The position numbers and the translations under genes were made by a program. Below are positions 29,222 through 40,333 of a stretch of 64,000 nt of DNA, piece after piece. The stretch is from an uncultured SAR86 cluster bacterium (GTDB lineage Bacteria; Pseudomonadota; Gammaproteobacteria; Magnimaribacterales; D2472), in the NCBI GenBank assembly GCA_964275585.1, contig CAXYCJ010000013.1:152021-216020 (forward strand), in the 5' to 3' direction. Positions within the stretch are counted from its first letter, which is position 1. Every line of letters begins with the position of its first letter. The notes under the pieces are model-generated. The model saw nothing but the letters and a program-made list of their open reading frames with translations, was not told where the DNA came from and searched no databases.

Positions 29222-30409
29222 ATGCAAAAAGATATAGATATTATTATTTATGGAGCAACAGGCTTCACAGGTCAACTTTGCGTTAAGTATTTTCAGTCAC
29301 TGAACACAGGCGTGAATTGGGCTATTGCAGGAAGAGACCAAGAGAAGCTCCAAAAAGTAGCTTCAGATAATTCTGTAGATGTTGAGATTCTTATTGCTGA
29401 CTCAAATGATGAGGTGGCATTAAATATTCTTACCTCAAGAGCAAAAGTTATTTTATCTACGACAGGACCCTTTCATCGATATGGATCAAAGCTCGTTACA
29501 TCCTGTGTCAAGAACAGCGCTAACTATGTAGATATCACAGGTGAAAATTTCTGGGTTAAAGGTCTTATTGCCAAACATCACGAAGAAGCATCTGCAAAGG
29601 GAATTAGAATTATTCCTTCTTGTGGTTATGACTCCATTCCATCAGACCTAGGAGTTTTTTATTCAGCCAAAGCTCTTAATAAGCCAATCAAAAGAATTGA
29701 ATCATTTCATTCATGGGAAGGGGGAGCGTCAGGTGGAACCCTCGAGACCATGTTTTCAATGGGAGATCTAGATTTAGGCGATGATCTTTTAGATCCATAT
29801 CTACTAAACCCTAAAGATTCATACACACAAGAGCAAAAAGACCAAAGCAGCGATAGGGTAGGCATAGCCAAGAACAATGAGATTAATGCATGGTCAGGCC
29901 CCTTTATTATGGCAACTGCCAATACTAGAGTGGTTAGACGAACCGAAGCATTATTGGGCTTAAGGCAGGAATCATACGGGTCTAATTTTACCTATCAGGA
30001 ATATGCCTTTCATAAAAGTTGGTTTAGTGCCTTTAAATCTCTCATCATCACAGGAATATCAGTTTTGGTGCTTATGTCGCCACTTAAAAGAGCAGTAAAA
30101 CCCTTTTTACCCAAACCGGGAGAAGGTCCTTCGGAAACCGTTCAAGAGAATGGATGGTTTGACTGCAAGTACATAGTTGAAACAGAAGATGGAGAGAAAT
30201 CAGTTTTTAACATGAATGCAAAAGGAGACCCGGGTTATAAGGTCACAGCAAAACTTATTTCAGAATGCGCTCTTTGCTTGATTGAAGATGCAGACGATTT
30301 ACCTGGAGGTTCAGAGTATGGAGGAGTCCTTACCAGTGCCTCAGGTTTAGGCAATTCTCTAATTTCTAGATTGAGTAAAGTAGGGGTTAATTTTAAGGGA
30401 CCGCTTTAA
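29222..30409 (+). CDS. Saccharopine dehydrogenase-like / trans-acting enoyl reductase family protein
   Basis: YGATGFTG, AIAGR, YVDITGE, CGYDSIPSDLG and GDPGY; start moved to the ATG at 29222. Confidence 0.88.
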   Translation: MQKDIDIIIYGATGFTGQLCVKYFQSLNTGVNWAIAGRDQEKLQKVASDNSVDVEILIADSNDEVALNILTSRAKVILSTTGPFHRYGSKLVTSCVKNSANYVDITGENFWVKGLIAKHHEEASAKGIRIIPSCGYDSIPSDLGVFYSAKALNKPIKRIESFHSWEGGASGGTLETMFSMGDLDLGDDLLDPYLLNPKDSYTQEQKDQSSDRVGIAKNNEINAWSGPFIMATANTRVVRRTEALLGLRQESYGSNFTYQEYAFHKSWFSAFKSLIITGISVLVLMSPLKRAVKPFLPKPGEGPSETVQENGWFDCKYIVETEDGEKSVFNMNAKGDPGYKVTAKLISECALCLIEDADDLPGGSEYGGVLTSASGLGNSLISRLSKVGVNFKGPL

Positions 30410-30444
30410 CGCTTAAAACTTCATATTTGAAATCAACTAGAAAA

Positions 30445-31485
30445 TTAGAGTTGTTCAATCCAGTTAGCAATAAGATCTATCCCAGCTTGATCTGCAAGTG
30501 CTCTGCCCGACTCTGGCATCATGATTCCAGGATCTAGAGATTTCATTCGATAGATCAAAATAGAGTCATCAGGTTTGCCAGGCACGATAGAATATTTTAG
30601 ATTTCCACTTGCTCTTCCCGCAGCAACTGGTTTTTTGAAAATACCTAAATGCTCTTTTTTCTTCTCGGTTAGATTCAGGTAAAGGCCAGTGGTATCGGCA
30701 GAGCCACCACGTAAATGACAATGTCCACAATTAATATCTAAATATGCTCTAGCCCGATCCTCCAAAGGCGCATTAACATCTAAATAGCCGTGCATCGATT
30801 CCGCTTGGAGCTTGCTATCTATCCAACCTTGAGCAGCCCAATACAGCAATTGATTCATTTCTTGAGATTCATATTGCAGTGTTTTATCCATGTTTCTAAC
30901 TTTCGGGCCAATAGGAGTCATTACTTTATTAACTTGATGGCATTCCTTGCATTGATTTTGATTGGGAGCTCGATATCTGATATCAATGATTTCACCATAC
31001 GAATTGATAAATGTAGTCGGGATCGTTGCTCCAGCTATTATTCTTTTTGCATCTGTTTGATCTTCATTCCAAACATAGCTGACTGCTTTCCAGCCCAAAT
31101 CAGTATTAATCAAAAGCCGAGTTTCCAATAGTTGCTGATCCATCGGACCATTTGTATTTAAATAAGCAAAAGTTTTTATAAGCGTTGATCCAACTGGAAA
31201 TATAAATACCTTATCTTTTATATAACCCAGCTTTTGATTATCTGGCACATAAACAAAACGCAATTTATCTGTGTAATCAGAAAATAATGGGCTTACTAGT
31301 GAATAGGGGTGAACATCTTGCGCAGGGATCTGCTTTTGCATATTCTGAAAAAAACCAAATTCAGATAAATTTTGAGGAACCGTTGAAGATTTTAAGAGGC
31401 CTGCATTTACTGAGCTTTGAACTTGAGTTCCAAACAAAAGTAGGACGAAAAATAGTAACGAAGCTTTCTTAGAAGATTTCATCAA
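30445..31485 (-). CDS. SO2930-family diheme c-type cytochrome
   Basis: Signal peptide, PLFSDYTDKLRF, FPVGSTLIKTF, and two CxxCH motifs (CKECH, CGHCH). Confidence 0.88.
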   Translation of the reverse strand: MMKSSKKASLLFFVLLLFGTQVQSSVNAGLLKSSTVPQNLSEFGFFQNMQKQIPAQDVHPYSLVSPLFSDYTDKLRFVYVPDNQKLGYIKDKVFIFPVGSTLIKTFAYLNTNGPMDQQLLETRLLINTDLGWKAVSYVWNEDQTDAKRIIAGATIPTTFINSYGEIIDIRYRAPNQNQCKECHQVNKVMTPIGPKVRNMDKTLQYESQEMNQLLYWAAQGWIDSKLQAESMHGYLDVNAPLEDRARAYLDINCGHCHLRGGSADTTGLYLNLTEKKKEHLGIFKKPVAAGRASGNLKYSIVPGKPDDSILIYRMKSLDPGIMMPESGRALADQAGIDLIANWIEQL

Positions 31486-32716
31486 ACTCTACAGGAGCCA
31501 GTGGCTTGATAATGCCTTCAAATTCATTAATATCAAGAATTGCAGGTTCGAAAAGAGGCAGCATATACCCAATTGGTTTTATTGCTAGCAATGTTCCATC
31601 TCCATTATTACTAATAACCATTCTTTCATTCTCAGGCTGACCAAAAATAAGTTGGGAGATTGGAACTAAGCCATCCCAGAAAATATCAGGCATATTGCCG
31701 CCTGATAACTCATATAGAATTTGAGCTAATTCACCCTTGCTCGTATCAGGGTTATATCCGGTTGGGCCAAATGTATTTCCATGAATTTGAATAGATTTTG
31801 GGTGAGGATAGTAAGCCTCATCATCGGTATCATTCCCATAGGTCACCACTGCTATGTTTACAGTATCATTTTCTCCAATCTCATTATTAAAAATTTCTAC
31901 ATCAGAATTGGCTTGAATGATCACCCCAGTCCCTCTTGGCACCTCGCCAACAATATTCCCTTCGGGGGCAAAGTTATCAGTGTTGTTGCCAACTGAGCGA
32001 TTATTGAAGACTCTTACATGATGGCCGCCCTGTTGAGGCAAACTAGGTAAATCAAAAACTAATATTCCACCCGTATTATTAGTTGCAAGATTGTCATGAA
32101 CATCTGCAAAGTAAGAATTTTCGATTTCTATTCCTGCTACATTAAATTCAGCCCGACTATTCCTAACAATAATGTACTTTGATTGACCAACATAAATGCC
32201 TGCATCTGAGGCTCCAATAGCAACACACCCATCAATAAGAACATTGGTTGATTCCACTGGGTATAACCCATAAGCTCCATTCTTTGGGCTAGGACCATTT
32301 GTCCATTCAGTCTTCACCCTTAGAAATTTAATATTCCTAACACCCTTTACCTTAATTGCATCCCCTTTTGCATTTTGCACAGAGAAATCTTGAAGAGTGA
32401 CATTATCCGATGTAACGCTTAGTCCTTGAGCACCACTTTGCTGATTTTGAAAGTCCAGTATGGTCTGGTTCATGCCTTCGCCTTCAATCTGGACACCATC
32501 CACATCCAATGACAGAGAGTCCTCTAAGTGAAACGTACCAGCAGTTAATCGAATGACATCACCGGGCTCTGCAAGAATTAGGGCTTCTTGAATTTGCTCA
32601 TATGAATTTGATGAAGGTTGAATAATTTGCACAGCCGCATGAAGGTACCCACTTAAAAAAAGCGGAGCAATAAAACTTAGCTTAGATAGCTTGAGGAATT
32701 TCGCCAAACTTCTCAA
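31469..32716 (-). CDS. Secreted parallel beta-helix protein (usual partner of the SO2930 cytochrome)
   Basis: NGAYGLYPV, GASDAGIYVGQS, NVAGIEIENS and GGILVFDLP repeats; start codon uncertain. Confidence 0.88.
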   Translation of the reverse strand: MRSLAKFLKLSKLSFIAPLFLSGYLHAAVQIIQPSSNSYEQIQEALILAEPGDVIRLTAGTFHLEDSLSLDVDGVQIEGEGMNQTILDFQNQQSGAQGLSVTSDNVTLQDFSVQNAKGDAIKVKGVRNIKFLRVKTEWTNGPSPKNGAYGLYPVESTNVLIDGCVAIGASDAGIYVGQSKYIIVRNSRAEFNVAGIEIENSYFADVHDNLATNNTGGILVFDLPSLPQQGGHHVRVFNNRSVGNNTDNFAPEGNIVGEVPRGTGVIIQANSDVEIFNNEIGENDTVNIAVVTYGNDTDDEAYYPHPKSIQIHGNTFGPTGYNPDTSKGELAQILYELSGGNMPDIFWDGLVPISQLIFGQPENERMVISNNGDGTLLAIKPIGYMLPLFEPAILDINEFEGIIKPLAPVEFDEIF

Positions 32717-33788
32717 GAGGTTTTTCTAGCTCATTCCAATCACACTCAAAGTCATCAGGTGCATCTTCATACTCCAACAACCCTAATGCCTCAAACTTGG
32801 GCCTCACTTTATCTGTAAGCAGACCAATTCTTGATAGGTTTGGCATAATTCGAGAGAATAAGAAATTTCTAAATGTTGCATTTGCTGAAGTCGACAATGC
32901 AAACTCTCTAGCTTCGTCTTCGGTCATTTTCAGATATTTTTGCATTGCTTTTGTGTTAATTAGGCGCTCTCTTGAAATGACACATGCCTCATACGCAAAT
33001 TCTGCCCTGTCTTCTATTTCTTCTTGGCTTAAAGTTTTAATAAAATCTTCTAGATAGTTAATTCCAAACGTTACATGCCTTGCCTCATCTCTAATCACAT
33101 AATGAAGAAGCTGTGTTAAGAGAGGGTCTTTTGAAAGACCTTTAAGCATCTGAAAAGCTGCTAATGCAAGTCCCTCAATTATAATTTGCATGCCAATAAA
33201 TTTTAGATCCCAACGCTCATCTGTCAGAATTTTGTCCAGCAAAAGCTTTAAGTTTTTATTAATTGGGTAGTGCATGCCAATCTTTTCTTGTAGATATCGA
33301 TTAAAGACCTCAACATGCCTTGCTTCATCGAAGGTTTGAGATGCAGCATATAACTTTGCATTGTAAGTTGGCGCACATGAAGTTAATTGAGATGCAACAA
33401 GGAGAGCTCCTTGCTCACCGTGTAAAAATTGACTGAGTAACTCTGCAACATCGTGACGATCAAACTCAATTTTCTCTTTTTCAGTGAGGTTTTCATATGC
33501 TTCCAAGCTCTCATGAGGTAAGTCTTCATCTGCTTCAACAATCCTTTCATCAGCTGGGTGGTTATATTCCCAGTTAAGATCTATTGAGCCATTCCAATTT
33601 AACTCTTTGCCAAGCTCATAAAGTTTCTTGATCCGGTTATCAGCAACTGTGTAATCCCAGTTATAGGCACCTGTTAAAGGCGTTTGAAATATTTCAACAA
33701 TATCTTCAACGTGGGCGGAAGTTAGGTCTAACTCGTTGTCAAAATATAAAAGATCCTCTGGAGGACCAGAAATTTTTGTAATTTTCAT
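32682..33788 (-). CDS. Ferritin-like diiron protein (AurF-like)
   Basis: SQFLHGEQGAL, DEARH twice, and QIIIEGLALAAF. Confidence 0.85.
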   Translation of the reverse strand: MKITKISGPPEDLLYFDNELDLTSAHVEDIVEIFQTPLTGAYNWDYTVADNRIKKLYELGKELNWNGSIDLNWEYNHPADERIVEADEDLPHESLEAYENLTEKEKIEFDRHDVAELLSQFLHGEQGALLVASQLTSCAPTYNAKLYAASQTFDEARHVEVFNRYLQEKIGMHYPINKNLKLLLDKILTDERWDLKFIGMQIIIEGLALAAFQMLKGLSKDPLLTQLLHYVIRDEARHVTFGINYLEDFIKTLSQEEIEDRAEFAYEACVISRERLINTKAMQKYLKMTEDEAREFALSTSANATFRNFLFSRIMPNLSRIGLLTDKVRPKFEALGLLEYEDAPDDFECDWNELEKPLEKFGEIPQAI

Positions 33789-33812
33789 TAAATTTCCTCT
33801 TCAAATTTGTAA

Positions 33813-33829
33813 TGTTTACGCTGTAAACA
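33813..33829. promoter_or_regulatory. Palindromic operator-like site
   Basis: TGTTTAC-GCT-GTAAACA, 24 bp upstream of the ferritin-like gene. Confidence 0.5.
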
Positions 33830-33849
33830 ATATAAATATAAACTAAATC

Positions 33850-35622
33850 TTAGTTATTGAACAGCTCTGTAAGCTTTTCAAGCAATGCCTCTGCCAATTC
33901 TTCTGCTCTATTGATGGTAATAGATTTTTCATAGTATTTAGTGACATCGTGACCAATCCCGATCGCAAGCAACTCGACTTTGCTTTGATTCTCTATGGTA
34001 TGAATAATTTGACGCAAATGATTGTCTAAAAAATTACTATGATTTGTGGAAAGTGTGCTGTCATCTACTGGTGCGCCATCAGAGATTACAATTAAAATTT
34101 TTCTTTCCTCTTTGCGATTTGAGAGCCTTTGATGGGCCCAAGCTAAAGCTTCCCCATCCACATTTTCTTTTAGCAGTCCTTCTCTCAGCATTATCCCAAA
34201 ACTTTTTCTTGCTCTCCGGAAATTATCATCAGCAGATTTAAAGATAATGTGGCGTAAATCATTTAATCTGCCTGGACCAGTAGGACTACCTTGATTGACC
34301 CAAGCTTTTCTGGATTCCCCTCCTTTCCAATGTTTAGTAGTAAAGCCTAAAAGCTCTGTTTTAACGTAGCAACGCTCAAGGGTACTCCCAATAATATCTC
34401 CACAAATAGCTGCTAGAGTCATAGATCGACCTCGCATTGATCCTGAGCTATCAATCAGCAATGAAACCACTGTATCTTTAAATTTACTTTCACTTTCTTG
34501 CTTAAAGCTTAAAGGGTCACCTGGTCGAGTAATAACTCGATGGAGTTGAGCTGTATCCAAAAGACCCTCTTCAAGGTTGTATTGCCAGCTTCTATTTTGC
34601 TGGGCTTGAAGTAGTCTTTGGAGTCTATTTGCAAGCTTACCAATGGTAGTTTGATGGGGTGCAATTAGCTGATCAAGTTGCTGTCTTAGTCTTTGTGTTT
34701 CCTCTGCTGTAGCTAATTCAATGGCATTAACAATTTCATCAAATTGAGAAGTAAAAATTTGATAGTCTTCATGTTCTGTCTGATCTAATTCCTCATTGAA
34801 ATTCCTTGTTAAATTAATTTCTTCATCAATGGATGTTGAATCTATTGGCGCTTGGGTTTCTTCAAGTGCTCCTGTTTTATCATCTGGAAGACCTTCTGCA
34901 TCAGAGTCTATAGTTTGAGTTTTTGAATTTACCTCAGATTCATCTTCTATCTCTTGCTTATCAGGGTTTTCTTCAGGGTTTGAGTCTGAGTCTTCCGATA
35001 TTGCATCTTCTCCTTGGGATGAGGTTTCATGCATCAGCTCTAGATCTTTTAGTAACTTTAAGGCAATCTTTTGAAAGTTTTCTTGAGACTCTTGAACTGC
35101 TATCAGATTTTTACCAACTTGATCAATTATTTTTGGCGCATCAGCAAGAAATGCTTCAACTAACTTCAAACTATTTGGTGGAAGTTTATGCCCACTAATT
35201 TTTTTTAGCCATAAATTTGCTGCCAGCGAATTCATAGCAGGTATTTTATTATCAATACTTTTTTTTGCTTCAGCATCCAAAAATGATTGAATATTTAATT
35301 GAGCGCCTGGGAAGGAATTTCCTCCCAGCAGTTCTACCCTCGAGAGCTCAAGTTCTATAAAAAAATCTCTAGCAAGTTTTGGCATCCTTAAATCCTCATG
35401 AGCCTTATGGAAAGCATGCCAAAATGCTTGAAAATCTGATTCTCCTCGCCATGCGCTAATTTGTCCCGAGGAGCGAGGGGGATGAGTTAAAGCTATATAT
35501 GAAGAAGAGGGCGGACGACTAGATGGTTGGGCGCTACTTGCGAGCTCTTTGTCTTTTGTAACAGCCCGAACAACTGAAAGTGCAGCTTCTTTGAATTCTT
35601 CTCGATCTTTAATCCAGCTCAT
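33850..35622 (-). CDS. cobT: CobT-like vWA protein
   Basis: Acidic linker, [35 protein letters not shown] and [12 protein letters not shown]. Confidence 0.92.
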   Translation of the reverse strand: MSWIKDREEFKEAALSVVRAVTKDKELASSAQPSSRPPSSSYIALTHPPRSSGQISAWRGESDFQAFWHAFHKAHEDLRMPKLARDFFIELELSRVELLGGNSFPGAQLNIQSFLDAEAKKSIDNKIPAMNSLAANLWLKKISGHKLPPNSLKLVEAFLADAPKIIDQVGKNLIAVQESQENFQKIALKLLKDLELMHETSSQGEDAISEDSDSNPEENPDKQEIEDESEVNSKTQTIDSDAEGLPDDKTGALEETQAPIDSTSIDEEINLTRNFNEELDQTEHEDYQIFTSQFDEIVNAIELATAEETQRLRQQLDQLIAPHQTTIGKLANRLQRLLQAQQNRSWQYNLEEGLLDTAQLHRVITRPGDPLSFKQESESKFKDTVVSLLIDSSGSMRGRSMTLAAICGDIIGSTLERCYVKTELLGFTTKHWKGGESRKAWVNQGSPTGPGRLNDLRHIIFKSADDNFRRARKSFGIMLREGLLKENVDGEALAWAHQRLSNRKEERKILIVISDGAPVDDSTLSTNHSNFLDNHLRQIIHTIENQSKVELLAIGIGHDVTKYYEKSITINRAEELAEALLEKLTELFNN

Positions 35623-35625
35623 TAA

Positions 35626-36609
35626 TTAATTATCAGGGTTATGACTCTCAGTTAGATCCTCTCCGAAACATCGTTGAAAGTATTCTGCTACTATTGGTCG
35701 CTCAGCCTCATCACATTTATTTAAGAACGTTAGACGAAACGAATGTTTAATATCTTTAAAAATCATATAATTTTGAGCCCAAGTGATAACCGTCCTAGGT
35801 GACATGAGGCTTGAAATATCTTCATTGATAAAACCTTGCCTGGTTAAATCAGCCAATTGAATCATACTTTTTGCCAACGCCTTATTTTTTGCATTTTTTA
35901 ATTCTGGAACTTTACCAATAACTAAGCTTAATTCATGCGCTCGATCTAGGAAATTCAAGGTTGAGAGTATGTGCCACCGATCCATTTGACCTTGATTAAT
36001 TTGCTGAGTCCCATGATAGAGACCAGTTACATCGCCCATTCCTACAGTATTAGTTGTTGCAAAAAGCCTAAAGCTTGAATGGGGAGAAATCACCTGATTC
36101 TGATCTAATAATGTTAGTTTCCCATCAACCTCAAGAATTCTTTGAATCACAAACATAACATCCGGCCTTCCAGCATCATACTCATCAAAAACAATTGCTA
36201 CTGGATTTTGAATGGACCAAGGCAGTATGCCTTCTCTAAACTCTGTTACTTGTTTTTCATTTCTTAAAACTATTGCATCTTTTCCCAGTAAATCAATCCT
36301 ACTAATGTGGCTATCTAAATTAATTCTTACGCATGGCCAGTTTAGTCTTGCTGCAACTTGTTCAATATGAGTAGACTTTCCAGTACCGTGATAGCCTTGA
36401 ATCATGACCCTGCGATCGTGCTCAAATCCAGCTAAAATTGCTAATGTTGTATTTTTATCAAATACATATGTAGAGTCAATTTCTGGTACCCATTGAGTTT
36501 TTTCTTTAAACCCTAAAACAGTAATATCTGAGTCAATACCAAATGTTTTTTTAACGTTAATCTTTTGATTTGGCTTATTTGGCAAGTCAATTTTTTCAGA
36601 ATCTAGCAT
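35626..36609 (-). CDS. cobS: CobS-like AAA+ ATPase
   Basis: GYHGTGKSTHIEQVAARLNWP and FDEYDAGRPDVMFVIQR. Confidence 0.94.
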   Translation of the reverse strand: MLDSEKIDLPNKPNQKINVKKTFGIDSDITVLGFKEKTQWVPEIDSTYVFDKNTTLAILAGFEHDRRVMIQGYHGTGKSTHIEQVAARLNWPCVRINLDSHISRIDLLGKDAIVLRNEKQVTEFREGILPWSIQNPVAIVFDEYDAGRPDVMFVIQRILEVDGKLTLLDQNQVISPHSSFRLFATTNTVGMGDVTGLYHGTQQINQGQMDRWHILSTLNFLDRAHELSLVIGKVPELKNAKNKALAKSMIQLADLTRQGFINEDISSLMSPRTVITWAQNYMIFKDIKHSFRLTFLNKCDEAERPIVAEYFQRCFGEDLTESHNPDN

Positions 36610-36721
36610 TTTCGTTTATTTTTATTTTTAAGAGGCTCTATGCTAACTTTTGATGAGATAAAGTTCTAGTTTTAATTGAATCAATGTAAGATAAATTTCA
36701 AATCCATTTGCATGCATTATT

Positions 36722-37582
36722 ATGACCAAGGCACTTGCTAAAACTCTTCAATTACTTAAATTAAATAGGGTGGATCGTGATATCTATAGCTGGAATGGAC
36801 AGAGCGTAGGATTTAAAAGAATTTTTGGCGGTCAAATCATGGCTCAATGTCTTATTGCTGCTTATCAGACCGTTGAAAAGGGCAGAATAGCCCATTCATT
36901 TCACTCATATTTTCTCAGACCGGGAGATTTTGAGCAGAATATTATTTTTGATGTTGATCGTATTCGTGATGGCAAAAGTTTTACTACAAGACGTGTTAAT
37001 GCTATTCAAAATGGAGAGGCGATTTTTAGTTGCTCAATTTCATTCCAAAAACGAGAGAAAGGATTAAGCCACCAAATTGAAATGCTGGATGTTCCTGGGC
37101 CAGAAGGTTTGAAAAGTGAATGGGAGACTCGCAATAATATGAAAGGTAAGATTGCAAAAGAATATCTCAGCATGTGGCTTCGTGAGAGAGAGATAGAAAT
37201 GAGGCAAGTTGAGCCGCAGGATCTACTAAAACCAAAAAAATTACCCCCGTACAAAAATACTTGGATGAAACCTACAGGTAAACTACCCACGGATGAAAGA
37301 ATTCATCAAGCATTGCTTTTGTATGTCTCGGATATGGGGTTGCTAGGAGCTGCTATAAATCCACATGGTGTAAATTTCATGTCTAATAATTTCCAGAGCG
37401 CAAGTTTAGACCATGTAATGTGGTTTCATTCAAAGATTAACTTTAACAATTGGCTTTTGTATCATATTAATAGCCCAATATCTGGACATGCGAGAGGATT
37501 CTCTAGAGGGTCTATTTATACAAAGTCAGGAAAACTGATCGCCTCAACTTCACAAGAGGGTTTAATGAGAGTTTGGGATTAG
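36722..37582 (+). CDS. tesB: Acyl-CoA thioesterase II
   Basis: FGGQIMAQ, HSYFLRPG, RDGKSF.TR, ASLDHVMWFH and QEGL. Confidence 0.94.
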   Translation: MTKALAKTLQLLKLNRVDRDIYSWNGQSVGFKRIFGGQIMAQCLIAAYQTVEKGRIAHSFHSYFLRPGDFEQNIIFDVDRIRDGKSFTTRRVNAIQNGEAIFSCSISFQKREKGLSHQIEMLDVPGPEGLKSEWETRNNMKGKIAKEYLSMWLREREIEMRQVEPQDLLKPKKLPPYKNTWMKPTGKLPTDERIHQALLLYVSDMGLLGAAINPHGVNFMSNNFQSASLDHVMWFHSKINFNNWLLYHINSPISGHARGFSRGSIYTKSGKLIASTSQEGLMRVWD

Positions 37583-38610
37583 GCTCTAACCGCTTCAATC
37601 ATTACTTGCACCTTCTCAGGTTCAATATCTGGGGTAATTCCATGACCAAGATTAAAAATAAATCCTGGAAAACCTTTCATTGACTGACAAATTTTCTGGG
37701 TCTCATTCCATATCAACTCATCAGATCCTAATAAAATCTTAGGGTTAAGATTTCCCTGAATTGCAAAATTATTTTTTAGATCTAATGCTAGACTTTCTAT
37801 ATCTTCTTGCCAATGCAAACTGATACAAGATAACTCTTCAAACAAGCAGGTAATTATGTTTTTTTGTGGCGCTTTTTCAAAAAGAATAATAGGGATGTTT
37901 TGTGTTACAGAATCTTCTTTTAACATTTTAGCAAGTTTGCGAGTGTACGCCAGAGAGAAAGTTTCTAAATCTTCTCCACTTAAGAGGTCTGCCCATGAAT
38001 CAAAAATTTGTATCGCATTTACACCGCTAATGACCTGCTGTTTTAGATATTGGAAACATGCATTGGTCAGAATCTCCAAATAGTCTTCAAACGCCTTAGT
38101 GTGTTCAGACAAAAACTGCTTAGTTTTCATAAAATCTTTCGACCCACCCCCCTCAATTGAGTAGGCAGCAAGTGTCCAAGGGCTCCCACAAAAACCAATC
38201 AAAGGAAGGTCAGAAGGTAAAATATTTTTGGTTTCTTCTATTGCTCTAAAAACGTAGTCTAATTTATCTATTTGAAATAAATCTAGATTATCTATATGTT
38301 CTGAGCTAGAAATTGGATTGCTAAATTTTGGTCCCTCACCTTCATGAAAGGCAAGACCTAAATCAAATGCATCTGGTATTGTTAATATGTCAGAGAAGAG
38401 TATGGAAGCATCTAAGTTAAATCTTTCAATAGGCTGAAGCGCTAACTCGGCACATATTCTCGGCTCTTTGCACATGTCTAGAAAATTCTTATAGCCCCTT
38501 CTGATGGCTTGATATTCTGGTAAATATCTCCCAGCCTGCCGCATAAACCAAATTGGTGGAATACTATTTTCTTCTAGTCTTAGAGCCTTTAAAAAATTTG
38601 AGTTTTTCAT
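37579..38610 (-). CDS. hemE: Uroporphyrinogen decarboxylase
   Basis: PIWFMRQAGRYLPEY, FSDIL, GSPWTLA and FNLGHGI. Confidence 0.96.
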   Translation of the reverse strand: MKNSNFLKALRLEENSIPPIWFMRQAGRYLPEYQAIRRGYKNFLDMCKEPRICAELALQPIERFNLDASILFSDILTIPDAFDLGLAFHEGEGPKFSNPISSSEHIDNLDLFQIDKLDYVFRAIEETKNILPSDLPLIGFCGSPWTLAAYSIEGGGSKDFMKTKQFLSEHTKAFEDYLEILTNACFQYLKQQVISGVNAIQIFDSWADLLSGEDLETFSLAYTRKLAKMLKEDSVTQNIPIILFEKAPQKNIITCLFEELSCISLHWQEDIESLALDLKNNFAIQGNLNPKILLGSDELIWNETQKICQSMKGFPGFIFNLGHGITPDIEPEKVQVMIEAVRA

Positions 38611-40278
<1,668 letters not shown>

Positions 40279-40302
40279 TTAAAGAAATATTCTGCGTAGT
40301 AT

Positions 40303-40321
40303 GTATGACATAGTATGACAT
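40303..40321. repeat. Direct repeat in the gltD/gltB divergent promoter
   Basis: GTATGACAT-A-GTATGACAT (period 10), preceded by a partial copy TAGTATG. Confidence 0.7.
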
Positions 40322-40333
40322 TATTGTGTTAAT

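Noticed and set aside
40303..40321. Pho box reading of the repeat (TGTCAT twice on the minus strand)
   Set aside because: The period is 10 rather than the 11 bp of Pho boxes
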